This document shows positions 37,595 through 51,509 of a stretch of 64,000 nt of DNA, piece by piece. The position numbers and the translations under genes were made by a program. The stretch's first letter is position 1, and every line of letters starts with the position of its first letter. The DNA comes from Macrostomum lignano (Eukaryota), in assembly GCA_002269645.1 (NCBI GenBank), contig NIVC01000834.1:248001-312000 (forward strand), read 5' to 3'. The notes under the pieces are model-generated. The model did not search any database and had not been told where the DNA came from. It saw nothing but the letters and a program-made list of their open reading frames with translations.

Positions 37595-38008
37595 CTGCTG
37601 CACCCGGAGCAGTTGAGCGGCACCTCGCGCCGCCGCTGGCCCGGCCGCCTCCTGCTTGTCGATGCAGACCCGACTCCGCCACCTGACGTCGAACTCCTGG
37701 GGCCCGGCGCCGCCGCCATCGGCAATTTTCAATCGAATATTCAGCCAGCCTCGCTCGAATGTTGGCTGGCGAATCAGGACGACTGACGGACTCGTTGAAG
37801 TTCGGTCTCCGGCTCGCTGCAGACAGGAGTCCGCTGACTGAGGACCTGAGGTCGACTGTTGCAGACTCTGCTTTTGCTGCGATTGTTGCTTCTTTTCCTC
37901 TTGATGCTGCTGCTGCCCAGAAGAAGACAGCGCTCGCAAAGTGGAGACGTAGATACTGCTGGGCTGGCCTTTGAGGTACTGCTCACCCCACTTGGAGACT
38001 GCGCGAAC
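37595..38008 (-). CDS. ANOS1: Anosmin-1 homologue exon (end of FN3.2, Q-rich linker, start of FN3.3)
   Basis: VRAVSKWGEQYLKG aligns with LQAITYWGQTRLKS; IRQPTFERGWLNIRL..EFDVRWRSRVC aligns with VGAPFYQDGQLQVKV..RYHVRWFPEAC; phase 0 at both ends. Confidence 0.87.
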
Positions 38009-38082
38009 CTTGGGTGGGGAACAGTAAAACCATTATGTGTATATGCTTACTGATATGTTCAAGTAGTGTAAACCGGATATAA

Positions 38083-38792
<710 letters not shown>

Positions 38793-39307
38793 TGCTCCCA
38801 TCCATAGCAGTATTGAATATTTGAGTTCGTGCGCACAGCCAGCGAGAATACTGAATGCTAAATGCAGTTAAAGCGCCAGCATTAGCTGCCACCAGCTCAG
38901 ACTAAACAAGGGGGTTTTGACCATCGTCACGGATTCGCCCGCAGCTCAGCTGAGAAACTGGATCCTCATCCTGAGCTCTCAAGTCAGACTTCGGTGGTGA
39001 GAAGGCAGCCAGGTGGTCCGGCCTGTTTAATGCTAGTAAACCGACTCCTGACTGGAGACTGACAGGCTGACAGGCTGAGCTGGCGGTGAAATGGCAGCTT
39101 GACAACTTGCTCGCTTTTGTGAACTCAACCTCTGGGAGGGTGGGGGAGGTGACAGTCTTGATGGGGCAGTTTGACCTTGCTTTCGCTGCCCTCTGACTTG
39201 GGGAAGTCAACTTTTTCACTGACTCTGTCCATGTTTCACTCCATTTGTCAGTGAATGGTTCACTCCATCTTTAATGTGTCACTCCAAATTATAATTAAAA
39301 ATCTTAC

Positions 39308-39364
39308 CTCAACTTTATAAGAAGTGGCAGGCTCCAGATTCTCAATAATGTAACTTCGAGCATT
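39308..39364 (-). CDS. ANOS1: Anosmin-1 homologue exon (NARSYIIENLEPATSYKVE, FN3.2)
   Basis: Acceptor ATTACAG, donor GAG|GTAAGA; canonical FN3 L.P.T.Y.V motif; 57 nt, phase 0/0. Confidence 0.88.
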
Positions 39365-39819
39365 CTGTAATGGATAAAAATTAATAAAATTTTTAATCAT
39401 AAAAAGCACAAAATAGAATATCAAAGAACTGCATTGGGTGTAACCAAGAATCTGGGGTCAACCCGGGTTCGCTCATAAAGATGAACTGCTCAGAGATCTC
39501 ACTCTCGAGGGGCAGCAGAAGTGAGAAAAATTCAATTTACTGAAGCTGACCGCACTCGCGCGGCATCGTGACTTAGACCATAAATCATACTTATTTACGA
39601 TCGTAGCTGCTATATAGTGAGAGTAAGCAGTCATATAGTCTAGCGAGTGTTAATGAACTTGGCACTGACGAGAGTCACAATCTCATCACGGCTGTTGGCG
39701 CCCGAGGGCCTCGAAGCCGCGGTGCTATGAGTCATCTTCGACACCTATGTATAGCATGTTGGCTCAGTGCTGGGCGAGTTCGAGGGGGACATGGAAATGG
39801 GATGAAAGCGAAAATGGTA

Positions 39820-41300
39820 TAGAGATTTAGTAGATATGAGATATGGATTTAGTAGATTTGAGATATGGATTTAGTAGATATGAGATATGGATTTAGTAGA
39901 TTTGAGATAGAGATTTAGTAGATTTGAGATAGAGATTTAGTAGATTTGAGATAGAGATTTAGTAGATTTGAGATATGGATTTAGTAGATTTGAGATAGAG
40001 ATTTAGTAGATTTGAGATAGAGATTTAGTAGATTTGAGATAGAGATTTAGTAGATTTGAGATATGGATTTAGTAGATTTGAGATAGAGATTTAGTAGATT
40101 TGAGATAGAGATTTAGTAGATTCGAGATAGTCTAGAAGTCCTTGGATAGAGATTCAGTAGATATAGGATAGAGATTCAGTGGATATGGGATAGAGATTCA
40201 GTAGATATAGGATAGAGATTCAGTGGATATGGGATAGAGATTCAGTAGATATGGGATAGAGATTCAGTGGATATGGGATAGAGATTCAGTAGATATGAGA
40301 TATGGATTTAGTAGATTTGAGATATGGATTTAGTAGATATGAGATATGGATTTAGTAGATTTGAGATAGAGATTTAGTAGATTTGAGATAGAGATTTAGT
40401 AGATTTGAGATAGAGATTTAGTAGATTTGAGATATGGATTTAGTAGATTTGAGATAGAGATTTAGTAGATTTGAGATAGAGATTTAGTAGATTTGAGATA
40501 GAGATTTAGTAGATTTGAGATATGGATTTAGTAGATTTGAGATAGAGATTTAGTAGATTTGAGATAGAGATTTAGTAGATTTGAGATAGAGATTTAGTAG
40601 ATTTGAGATAGAGATTTAGTAGATTTGAGATAGAGATTTAGTAGATTCGAGATAGTCTAGAAGTCCTTGGATAGAGATTCAGTAGATATAGGATAGAGAT
40701 TCAGTGGATATGGGATAGAGATTCAGTAGATATAGGATAGAGATTCAGTGGATATGGGATAGAGATTCAGTAGATATGGGATAGAGATTCAGTGGATATG
40801 GGATAGAGATTCAGTAGATATGGGATAGAGATTCAGTGGATATGGGATAGAGATTCAGTAGATATGGGATAGAGATTTAGTAGATATGGGATAGTCAGGA
40901 GATATGGGATAGAGATTCAGTGGATATGGGATAGAGATTCAGTAGATATGGGATAGAGATTCAGTGGATATGGGATAGAGATTTAGTAAATTATGGGATA
41001 GAGATTCAGTAGATATGGGATAGAGATTCAGTAGATATGGGATAGAGATTCAGTGGATATGGGATAGAGATTTAGTAAATTATGGGATAGAGATTCAGTA
41101 GATATGGGATAGAGATTCAGTAGATATGGGATAGAGATTCAGTAGATATGGGATAGAGATTTAGTAGATATGGGATAGTCAGGAGATATGGGATAGAGAT
41201 TCAGTAGATATGGGATAGAGATTCAGTAGATATGGGATAGAGATTCAGTAGATATGGGATAGAGATTTAGTAGATATGGGATAGAGATTTAGTAGATATG
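39820..41300. repeat. 22-bp minisatellite (GAGATAGAGATTTAGTAGATTT / GGGATAGAGATTCAGTAGATAT) with an internal duplication
   Basis: Direct reading; interruption GTCTAGAAGTCCTTG occurs at ~40130 and ~40655. Confidence 0.95.
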
Positions 41301-41345
41301 TTGGGCAGCCAACTACTCCGTGAAATTTGTCATAGCAGAACTCAC

Positions 41346-41432
41346 TCCTGGCATAGTTTTGGAAAATTTCGTCACCGACAGTACGGGAGCTCCGTCCGAA
41401 TTGACAAAACCGTGGTCCTTGGTCCAGCTGAT
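41346..41432 (-). CDS. ANOS1: Anosmin-1 homologue exon (ISWTKDHGF..KTMPG, FN3.2)
   Basis: Acceptor CTTTTCAG, donor GGA|GTGAGT; 87 nt, phase 0/0; continues YQFQ|ISW (compare YKVFWSW). Confidence 0.82.
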
Positions 41433-41481
41433 CTGAAAAGGCCATATAGATAAAATATGTGCAGGCATTGAGCGTATCATT

Positions 41482-42226
41482 GATTTCGGGTTGAGGATAT
41501 CGGGTTGGGTTTTTCGTTTTGGGAATTTCGGGCTGGGGATTTCGGGCTGGGGATTTCGGGTTGGGAATTTCGGGTTGGGGATTTCGGGTTGAGGATTTCG
41601 GGTTGGAGATTTCGGGTTGGAGATTTCGGGTTGGGGATTTCGGGTTGGGGATTTCGGGTTCGGGATTTTGGGTTGGGGATTTCGGGTTGGGGATTTCGGG
41701 TTGGGGATTTCGGGTTGGAGATTTCGGGTTGGAGATTTCGGGTTTGGGATTTCGGGTTGAGGATTTCGGGTTGGAGAATTCGGGTTGGAGAATTCGGGTT
41801 GGGGATTTCGGGCTGGGGATTTCGGGTTGGAGAATTCGGGTTGGAGAATTCGGGTTGGGGATTTCGGGCTGGGGATTTCGGGTTGGGGATTTCGGGCTGG
41901 GGATTTCGGGTTGGGGATTTCGGATTGGGGATTTCGGGTTGGAGATTTCGGGTTGGAGAATTCGGGTTGGAGATTTCGGGTTGGGGATTTCGGGCTGGGG
42001 ATTTCGGGCTGGGGACTTCGGGTTGGGGATTTCGGGTTGGGGACTTCGGGTTGGGGATTTCGGGCTGGGGATTTCGGGTTGGGGATTTCGGGCTGGGGAT
42101 TTCGGGTTGGGGATTTCGGGTTGGAGAATTCGGGTTGGGGATTTTGGGCTGGGGATTTCGGGCTGGGGACTTCGGGTTGGGGATTTCGGGTTGGAGATTT
42201 CGGGTTGAGGATTTCGGGTTGGGGAT
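41482..42226. repeat. 14-bp minisatellite GGGGATTTCGGGTT, intronic
   Basis: Direct reading. Confidence 0.96.
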
Positions 42227-42246
42227 TATCTATCCCTCAAACTCAC

Positions 42247-42954
42247 CTGGAACTGGTACACGGGCAGATCAGACGGTCTCGGCGCAGCCCAGTTGACCCG
42301 AACGCTCACCCGGCCATTTGAGTACATCCGCATCCGGCCCTCGCTCAGGTTGCTGGGCTGGTTGGGAGGAACTGGCGACCGGCTCTGCGAGTAGGGCTCT
42401 GTCGCCGGGCCGAAGCCGCGGCTGCCTCTAGCCGTGATGGCGGCCACGCGGAACTGGTAGAGATGGCCGACCCGCCATTCTTCCATCCGCAAGCTGGTCT
42501 CGCTGGTGACGATGTGCAGCGGCAGCCAGTCGCCTACTAGTCTGGAATCGAACCTAGGACCGACCATGTAACGTGCCTGAACTACGTAGACGATCGGATC
42601 CAACAGGTTGCTCATCGAATTGTTAGTCGGGGATTGCCAAGTGAGATGACGCTGTTGAACGGAGTCCTTGACAACGGTTGCTATGGGAGGTGGTGGCAGC
42701 GGTGGGATGGGGTGCGGCGCCGGCACCAGTGGCCTGCAGGCAAAGCAGATCCCCGTGTTGCAGCACTTCATTCCGTCTGGCTGGAGGCAGTCCAGGTCGC
42801 TGGAGCAGCTGGTGGTGCACATCCGGGGATCCCGGACGGTGGGACAGTCACCGGGACGGTTTGAGGCCAGCCTCCTGAGCTGCTTGCAGGCCAACTCGCA
42901 GTGCGCTGAGTCCTGCGAATGCCGTGCTTTAAGCAATGGTGGCTCTGCTTTGAG
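42247..42954 (-). CDS. ANOS1: Anosmin-1 homologue exon (end of Cys box, WAP domain, FN3.1, start of FN3.2)
   Basis: Eight-Cys WAP (PGDCP..C...C..D.DC....KCC...C..C.P), then PIVYVVQARY..G and YQFRVAAITARGSRGF matching anosmin PVIYVVQRRW and YQFRVAAVNVHGTRGF; donor CAG|GTGAGT. The acceptor could instead be 42 nt further in. Confidence 0.93.
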
Positions 42955-42957
42955 CTG

Positions 42958-43925
42958 GGAGAGGGGAGAGGGGAGACGAGAGTGGAGAGACGAGAGAGGA
43001 GAGGAGAGAAAGGGAGGAGAGAGGAGAGAAAGGGAGGAGAGAGGAGAGGAGAGAGGAGGGGGGAGAGGAGAGAGGAGAAGAGAGAGGAGAGAGGAGGAGA
43101 GAGGAGAGAGGAGAGGAGAGAGGAGAAAGGAGAGGAGAGAGGAGAGAGGAGAGAGGAGAGAGGAGAGGAGAGAGGAGAGGAGAGAAGAGAGAGGAGAGAG
43201 GAGAGGAGAGAGGAGAGAGGAGAGGAGAGAGGAGAGGAGAGAGGAGAGAGGAGAGGAGAGGAGAGAGGAGAGAGGAGAGGAGAGAAGAGAGAGGAGAGAG
43301 GAGAGAGGAGAGGAGAGAAGAGAGAGGAGAGAGGAGAGGAGAGAGGAGAGAGGAGAGGAGAGAGGAGAGGAGAGAGGAGAGGAGAGAAGAGAGAGGAGAG
43401 AGGAGAGAGGAGAGAGGAGACGAGAGAGGAGAGAAGAGAGGGGAGAGAGGAGAGGAGAGAGGAGGGGGGAGAGGAGAGAGGAGAAGAGAGAGGAGAGAGG
43501 AGGAGAGAGGAGAGAGGAGAGGAGAGAGGAGAGAGGAGAGGAGAGAAGAGAGAGGAGAGAGGAGAGGAGAGAGGAGAGAGGAGAGGAGAGAGGAGAGGAG
43601 AGAGGAGAGAGGAGAGGAGAGGAGAGAGAGAGAGGAGAGGAGAGAAGAGAGAGGAGAGAGGAGAGAGGAGAGGAGAGAAGAGAGAGGAGAGAGGAGAGGA
43701 GAGAGGAGAGAGGAGAGGAGAGAGGAGAGGAGAGAGGAGAGGAGAGAAGAGAGAGGAGAGAGGAGAGAGGAGAGAGGAGACGAGAGAGGAGAGAAGAGAG
43801 GGGAGAGAGGAGAGGAGAGAGGAGGGGGGAGAGGAGACAGGATACGAGAGAGGAGAGAGGAGAGAGGAGAGGAGAGAGGAGAGAGGAGACAGGAGATGGG
43901 AGAGGAGAGAGGAGAGAGGAGACGA
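42958..43925. repeat. (GGAGA)-type GA-rich repeat abutting the anosmin acceptor
   Basis: Direct reading. Confidence 0.95.
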
Positions 43926-44414
43926 AAGGGAAGCAGAAGGCAGGGAAGAGTGGAGTCAGAAGCAGTCAAACAAAGAGAAGGGTAGAGTACGTGACAGCAG
44001 GAAAGTTGCAGAAAAGTAAATGTGATCAGCTAGAGCTTAGTGTGGGCCGCAAGCATTTCGGAAAGGCCTGTCAGCAACTCCCATTTCGTGTTCCACCGCT
44101 TACGCTAACCAGAAGAACAGTGGGCCGAGCTCCAGCCGCCCTCTACAGCAGAAACCAGCTTTGCAAAATTAGGCAAAAGGGGCAATTTTACTTGCAAGGA
44201 ATCTGTGTTCAGCTGATTGCGCTGTGAACTGAAACTGACAAAAATCTTTCTGAGGAAGTTCTACTTGTCTGGCCAGTTTGACAACTAACTAATTTGGCTT
44301 ATAATGACTTGCTAATTCCTTTAACACGGATCCGTGGTGTGGTAAAGACATTAGCAAATGAGAGATAACTTCCTTTGTTGCTATCTATTTGGCTTGAAGA
44401 ATGCTGCATTCCAG

Positions 44415-45045
44415 CCTCTCCATCTCCTAGTCTCTCTTCATCTTCCAGTCTCTATATCTCCTAGCCTCTTCATCTCCCAGTCTCTCTCTCCATCTCCTAG
44501 TCTCCCCATCTCCCAGTCTCTCTCCATCTCCCAGTTTCTCTTCATCTCCCAGTCTCCCCATCTCCCAGTCTCTCTCCATCTCCCAGTCTCTCTCCATCTC
44601 CTAGTCTCCCCATCTCTCAGTCTCTCTCCATCTCCTAGTCTCCCCATCTCCCAGTCTCTCTCCATCTCCTAGTCTCCCCATCTCTCAGTCTCTCTCCATC
44701 TCCTAGTCTCCCCATCTCCCAGTCTCTCTCCATCTCCTAGTCTCCCCATCTCTCAGTCTCTCTCCATCTCCTAGTCTCCCCATCTCCCAGTCTCTCTCCA
44801 TCTCCTAGTCTCCCCATCTCCCAGTCTCTCTCCATCTCCTAGTCTCCCCATCTCCCAGTCTCTCTCCATCTCCCAGTTTCTCTTCATCTCCCAGTCTCTC
44901 TCCATCTCCCAGTCTCTCTTTATCTCCCAGTCTCTCTCCATCTCCTAATCTCCCTATTTCCCAGTCTCTCCCCATCTCCCAGTCTTCTCTTCAGCTTCCA
45001 GTCTCTCTCAATCTCCCAGGCTTTCTATCTCTAATCTCCGAATCT
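44415..45045. repeat. CT-rich minisatellite (CATCTCCCAGTCTCTCTC / CATCTCCTAGTCTCCC)
   Basis: Direct reading. Confidence 0.93.
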
Positions 45046-45394
45046 CCACGCTTCCTCGTCTTGCTTCAGTCTCTCGCATTCACGCGGTGTGCAGTGGATG
45101 CACAGATCTTAAAGAAAACGCTGTTCTCAAGAAATATTCAAGTTGAATTCAATGCAGATTAAAAGAAATTCGAAGTTGTGGCGAGCTTTAATTTTGTATA
45201 ATGCTAATCCTCAGCCAACTAATCCCCAAGCGAATTCAATCAAGGGCGATTTGAGGCTTTCAGGAAAATTCTTTGCTGACTAAAATGTTAAAAGAGGTTA
45301 GCTGTCGGGTCGCATTCCCTGCTGAAAGGATGCTTAACTTTACAGTAAGCAAAAACACTGATAGAAGTAGAGTGAATTGTGGCTTAGAAGCCCA

Positions 45395-45870
45395 GGGTGA
45401 CAGACAGAGAGTGACAAAAAGGAGTAACAGTGGGGGATGACAGAGAGGAGTGACAGAGGGGGTGACAGAGAGGAGTGACAGAGAGGAGTGACAGAGAGGA
45501 GTGACAGAGAGGAGTGATAGAGAGGAGTGACAGAGGGGGGCGACAGAGAGGAGTGACAGAGGGGGATGACATAGAGTGACAGAGGGGGGTGACATAGAGT
45601 GACAGAGGGGGATGACAGAGAGGAGTGACAGAGGGGGATAACAGAGAGGAGTGACAGAGAGGAGTGATAGAGAGGAGTGACAGAGGGGGACGACAGAGAG
45701 GAGTGACAGAGGGGGATGACATAGAGTGACAGAGGGGGGTGACATAGAGTGACAGAGGGGGATGACAGAGAGGAGTGACAGAGGGGGATGACAGAGAGGA
45801 GTGACAGAGGGGGGTGACAGAGAGGAGTGATAGAGGGGAGTGACAGAAAGTAGTGACAGACAAGGATGAC
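45395..45870. repeat. Minisatellite, ~13-14-bp unit GTGACAGAGAGGA
   Basis: Direct reading. Confidence 0.92.
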
Positions 45871-45951
45871 AGAGTAGGTTGACATCAAATGAGAGAGTTC
45901 AGCCGGTGCCCAATCAAAGAGCAAGCGCTGTCAGCAACCATGAAACCTCAC

Positions 45952-46008
45952 CTTGCAGACGGGCTCGCAGCTGGGCACCCTCGGATCCAGTAAAGTCCCG
46001 TTCAAGCA
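45952..46008 (-). CDS. ANOS1: Anosmin-1 homologue exon (CLNGTLLDPRVPSCEPVCK, Cys box)
   Basis: Acceptor CCTTCGCAG, donor AAG|GTGAGG; 57 nt, phase 0/0; CxxxC motif. Confidence 0.78.
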
Positions 46009-47007
46009 CTGCGAAGGTGACGGGTGTGGGTTCTGCGATATATAAGAGCTGGTAGGCATGTACTGCAGGCATGTACAGTCTCTGTGACTTGGGGGTTGGC
46101 CAATTGTTGTTCGCACAAGGGACTCTATTTTTGTAAGGCCTATAAAAGATGGCGCTTTGACTTCAGTTTATCATCCGGACTGGAGCGGAGGCCTCGGATG
46201 GGGCATCAATCAATGCACCTGGCTCAGACAGATCCGGTAGGTTTGGGGACAGCAGGGGGAGCTCTGCAGCTCCCGGGGTGGGACAGTTCACACCGCGGCT
46301 CTCCACTCACTGCCCCACACGACTGGCATTACGAACGGGGGGTCTCTGTGAGTGAGTTGAGTGAGTGGCATGGCGGACTCCATCAAGGCTTAATATTCTG
46401 AAGGCATCTCTGCTTCCATAGCCGATGGCCATATAAGTTAGTCCGCCCAATACATTTTCGTGACGGCATTTGGAACAGCTCCATCATCAAGTTCCGCAGA
46501 GAGGTTAGGAAATCCCCAAGCCATGGAACAGGGGGATTAGCGAGGTAAATTAGGGATTTTTCATTCGACTAACCGCGTATAATGTATAAATTGCAATACT
46601 CTTGAGTCACCATGGCAACTAGAACACTGTATCGGTCAACAGATAGCCAAATCTGGGATAAATATCCCACAACGACTGGCTTGAGGGGTTTCCCCGGCTG
46701 ACTCCAATCGTGAGTCACGCTGCCGCGCGCGTGTTGCCGCGAGCTAGCAGAAAAGAAGCAAAAATGGCAGAAATGTTGCAACACAAATCTGACTCGAATT
46801 TTTCTTCTAAAAGCATTTTTTCCTTTTGATTCTTTTTGAACATTTTAGTAGTAACCATTATGGCGCCAACTTTATACAGCTGTGAGAATTTTGTAACGGG
46901 ACAATCATTATCACTGGGGGGGGGGCAAGGGAGGCGGTTGACACCCTTGACCTCCCCTATCTCTTTATCACTCAACAGGTAGTGACTCTAGCGAGTGACA
47001 ACAAAAA

Positions 47008-47515
47008 CAGGGGCGCCCACCAAGAGACAGGGGCGCCCACCAAGAGACAGGGGCGCCCACCTAAGAGAGACAGGGGCGCCCACCAAGAGACAGGGGCGTC
47101 CACAAAGAGAGACAGGGGCGCCCACCAAGAGACAGGGGCGCCCACCAAGAGACAGGGGCGCCCACCTAAGAGAGACAGGGGCGCCCACCAAGAGACAGGG
47201 GCGTCCACAAAGAGAGACAGGGGCGCCCATCAAGAGACAGGGGCGCCAACCAAGAGACAGGGGCGCCCACCAAGAGACAGGGGCGTCCACAAAGAGAGAC
47301 AGGGGCGCTCACCAAGAGGCAGGGGCGCCAACCAAGAGGCAGGGGCGCCCACAAAGAGACAGGGGCGCCCACAAAGAGAGACAGGGGCGCCCACCATGAG
47401 ACAGGGGCGCCAACCAAGAGGCAGGGGCGCCAACCAAGAGGCAGGGGCGCCCACAAAGAGACAGAGGCGCCCACCAAGAGACAGAGGCGCCCACCAAGAG
47501 ACAGGGGCGCCCACC
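47008..47515. repeat. 20-22-bp minisatellite GAGACAGGGGCGCCCACCAA
   Basis: Direct reading; same family as 60240-61385. Confidence 0.95.
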
Positions 47516-48519
47516 GTGACACTAAGTATTGGCGCCCCATAGTCCACTCACCAACTCTCTCTGACGTCATCTTTCATTAAAGTTATCCCTGCATCACTTC
47601 TGCAGTGTTTGACTGGATCAGTTGCTTCTGAATAGAGAAAAGCCATTTACCAGGGCATGAAACTATCAGAGCGACTTTCTCAGTCGGGCAGTTTATGCAA
47701 ATCTGATTTCACCGGCTTAGTGACGATGGAGTGCGAGAATGAAGTGAGAATCCAAATTCTTTTATCATCCCCATCTTAGGGATATTGCTAGAGGCTTGGC
47801 TGACTCCCCGAACCAGCTCTAGAGGATGACTCATCCTTGAGTGTCTTCGAATATTTACGAAATTGCTATACATATATATAAATGACGTTGCTATGGAAAC
47901 GACCCCGGATGCCGCGTACACGAGCTGCTGTTATTTGTGACGCAGACGGGACGCATGAAAATGAGGCTCCTGATGCAGATCGAGTCAGCACCCCCCACCT
48001 CCGCATTCTCATCTTGAAGTTTCTCAGTGGCCCAGTTTAGAAAAGCCGCATCTGGAAGCTGGGGTGAGAAATGAGAGCGGTGTGAGAGATTCTGCGGGAG
48101 GCCTGGGTGAGTCACCTCTGTTGCAGGCCCACAAGCTATGCGGCCTGCTTTCGCTTTCCTCTTGCTTCTCGCCTCTTCTAGAAGAAGAAATTCGTGGGGA
48201 CCGCAAGCAATTTCTTTTTTCTCGTAGTTGGCGAAACCGGAGAATAACAGGGAGAAACTAGACTGTGTCACAGTGGGCCCACCGCAGAGTGAGAGTAGTG
48301 ACTTCACTCTCCGTTTTTTACTCCTGTCTAGTAGGGAAAAAACAATATTTAGTATCGAATACCGTTCCAAATATTTTGCTGGATTGAAATTTTAGACCAT
48401 CAGTTTTATTTGACTGTGAGCTCGTCTCCGATTTCAAGACGCATGTTTTGTCGAATGCTGTCCTTTTAGGAATCTGTTTTAGTTCGAAATGCGCAAACAT
48501 ACAACAAGCCATTGCTGAT

Positions 48520-49180
48520 GGAGAGAGGCAGGGAGAGAGGCAGGGACAGATGCAGGGAGAGGCAGGGAGAGAGGCAGGGAGAGAGGCAGGGACAGATGCA
48601 GGGAGAGGCAGGGAGAGAGGCAGGGAGAGAGGCAGGCAAAGAGGCAGGAAGAGGCAGGGAGAGAGGCAGGGAGAGAGGCAGGGACAGAGGCAGGGAGAGA
48701 GGCAGGGAGAGAGGCAGGGAGAGAGGCAGGGAGAGAGGCGAGAGGCAGGGACAGAGGCAGGGAGAGAGGCAGGGAGAGAGGCAGGGAGAGAGGCAGGGAG
48801 AGAGGCAGGGACAGAGGCAGGGACAGAGGCAGGGAGAGAGGCAGGGAGAGAGGCAGGGAGAGAGGCAGGGAGAGAGGCAGGGAGAGAGGCAGGGAGAGAG
48901 GCAGGGAGAGAGGCAGGGAGAGAGGCAGGGAGAGAGGCAGGGAGAGAGGCAGGGAGAGAGGCAGGGAGAGAGGCAGGGAGAGAGGCAGGGAGAGAGGCAG
49001 AGAGAGGCAGGGAGAGAGGCAGGAGAGAGGCAGAGAGAGGCAGGGAGAGAGGCAGGGACAGAGGCAGGGAGAGAGGCAGGGACAGAGGCAGGGACAGAGG
49101 CAGGGAGAGAGGCAGGGAGAGAGGCAGGGAGAGAGGCAGGGAGAGAGGAAGAGAGAGGCAGAGAGAGGCAGGGAGAGAGG
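48520..49180. repeat. 12-bp minisatellite GAGAGGCAGGGA
   Basis: Direct reading. Confidence 0.95.
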
Positions 49181-50175
49181 CCCCCAGAGTCCGCAGCCAA
49201 GGATGCCATATCAAGCAGGGATTGCAGAGTTGCAGGCCCGGTTTAAAAGCCAATGCAAAAACGCTAGCCATGAAAGATGTCGAACGCAGCTGTAAGAGGA
49301 GGGTAGGAACAGCTTTTTAGCAGAATTTCCAATTTTCTTCGCTTGTGTCCGGCACAGTGTGAAATGGGCACGCACCGCGGCGCTTGGGGAGGTGTGGGCG
49401 CCGGGATTTAGGGGGAAAATATCACATTGCCTTAATATCCCCAACACGAACCCCCGTCAGCAGGCATGAGGAATGAGCGATGCCCAGCAATTCACACCAT
49501 TCACTGGGAGGAGGCGCGAGCCAGTATTTTTCCCGGCTGGATTTGGCGCCAGGGTGGCGGAAGGCTTTGTTTTGCCAATATTCCTCAGCTCCAGGCCATG
49601 GACTACTAGGGGTTCAGTGTCTGGAGTGGAGACTGCATTCGTTTGATTTGGATTTTTTGGCCTTTGGAGAATTTTTTTGTGAGCAAAATCTAAAATTGAG
49701 AATCCAAATCTTTCTAAAGTGGGCAACCTGTTTTGGGCACCGTGTGAGGGGCACCGTGAGAGGGGCACCGTGGGAGGTGCGCCAACAAAAAGGATATTAT
49801 GGCAGCGAATTAGCCCCCTCCGAGCTCCTCCTCAATCCGCCCATTCTGATTCACACAAAATAATTTTTTCCCGACGGGTTTCCCAATCCAGATTCCTGCA
49901 GCCAGAAGTCCATGAAGCCCAGCATTAATTTCGTGCCGTAAATCCCTGCGCCCCCGACTGAAGTCACGAGCGCCTCGAGGCGAAAATGCATTTTAAAGAA
50001 TCTGAGTTAATTTTTATTATCTTCAAGGCTGTGCCCGCAGATTTTATCTGTGTTGTTTTTAAATTGGCGCCAACAGGATATTTTGTTTAAATCATTATTA
50101 AAAAACACGAATATTAATCCAGGATACAAGTGCTGATGCACTGTGGAATATTCGCGAGAATAGCTGTCGACTTAC

Positions 50176-50274
50176 ACCGCCGCAAATGTGATTTGCCTGG
50201 CACGATGCCAGCTGGGAGTGCGGCTGCCGGTGCATCCGTGACAGGGTCCGGTTCGCTGCTGAGCTCTCTGACAC
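50176..50274 (-). CDS. ANOS1: Anosmin-1 homologue exon (VSES..SQLASCQANHICGG, Cys box)
   Basis: Acceptor CCCCCCAG, donor GGT|GTAAGT; 99 nt, phase 0/0; SQLASCQANHICGG|CL aligns with GSLVWCQNHKQCSK-CL. Confidence 0.78.
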
Positions 50275-50359
50275 CTGGGGGGTGGGGGCATAAATATGGT
50301 GAGGATTATTATCGTCGCAAATTTAATGTGACAGCATTCTAGTCAGAAGACAGATACTT

Positions 50360-51005
50360 TAGTGTGAGAGGGAGAGAGTGAAAGGGAGATTGTGAGAGGG
50401 AGAGAGTGAGAGGTAGAGAGTGAGAGGGAGATAGTGAGAGGGAGATTGTGAGAAGGAGATAGTGAGAGGGAGATAATGAGAGGGAGATTGTGAGAAGGAG
50501 ATAGTGAGAGGGAGATTGTGAGAGGGAGATTGTGAGAAGGAGATAGTGAGAGGGAGATAGTGAGAGGGAGATTGTGAGAGGGAGCTTGTGAGAGGGAGAT
50601 TGTTGTGAGAGTGAGAGAGTGAGAGGGAGAGAGTGAGAGAGATTGTGAGAGGGAGATTGTGAGAGGGAGATTGTGAGAGGGAGATTGTGAGAGGGAGATT
50701 GTGAGAGGGAGATTGTGAGAGGGAGATTGTGAGAGGGAGATTGTGAGAGGGAGATTGTGAGAGGGAGATTGTGAGAGGGAGATTGTGAGAGGGAGATTGT
50801 GAGAGGGAGATTGTGAGAGGGAGCTTGTGAGAGGGAGATTGTGAGAGGGAGATTGTGAGAGGGAGATTGTGAGAGGGAGATTGTGAGAGGGAGATTGTGA
50901 GAGGGAGATTGTGAGAAGGAGATTGTGAGAGTGAGAGACTGAGAGGTAGAGAGTGAGAGGGAGATAGTAAGAGGGAGATTGTGAGAGGGAGATTGTGAGA
51001 AGGAG
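50360..51005. repeat. 14-bp minisatellite GTGAGAGGGAGATT
   Basis: Direct reading. Confidence 0.95.
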
Positions 51006-51509
51006 ATTCCTGCGTGCGAGAGACTAAGGACGGTGAGAAATCCAGCAGGCCGAAGTTGAACTTGAAAGAAAAATTTCAAGCTGGCAGAACTGCTGCAAGG
51101 CCGCGCGCTCCAGAAACATAAATAATTTCAGCCACGGAGCAACGGCCCAAAAACCGCGAAGAAGTGTTTATTGTTTACGATGTCGCCTGCAGCGGAAAAC
51201 GAATATTCCCAACCCTAAGCTTCCCCACCTGCCCGCCTGAAAGCTCCCATCAAGTTTGAAGGTGCGTACTGTTTATAGAAAACTATTCGCTTCTTCTTTT
51301 AGAAGAGATTCGACGGAACACAAAGGAGAATGACGTGGCTTGCGTTGTGTACCGAAGTTTAAACATTTTGTGCGAACTTTTTGAATTTTGGATTTGAAAA
51401 TCGCTTTCCTAGCCAAAAGTGAAATAGAGGGCTATGAATGCGGAGAGGCTTTGATGAAAGTGAAAATGTGAAACAGGCAGCGTCTCCGTTTCCATTCTAC
51501 TCTTATCTA

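Noticed and set aside
38902-39744. ORF 38902-39219 and a candidate exon near 39670-39744 as anosmin exons
   Set aside because: FN3.2 is complete without them (41346 to 39364, 39308 to 38008) and they show no anosmin-like motifs.
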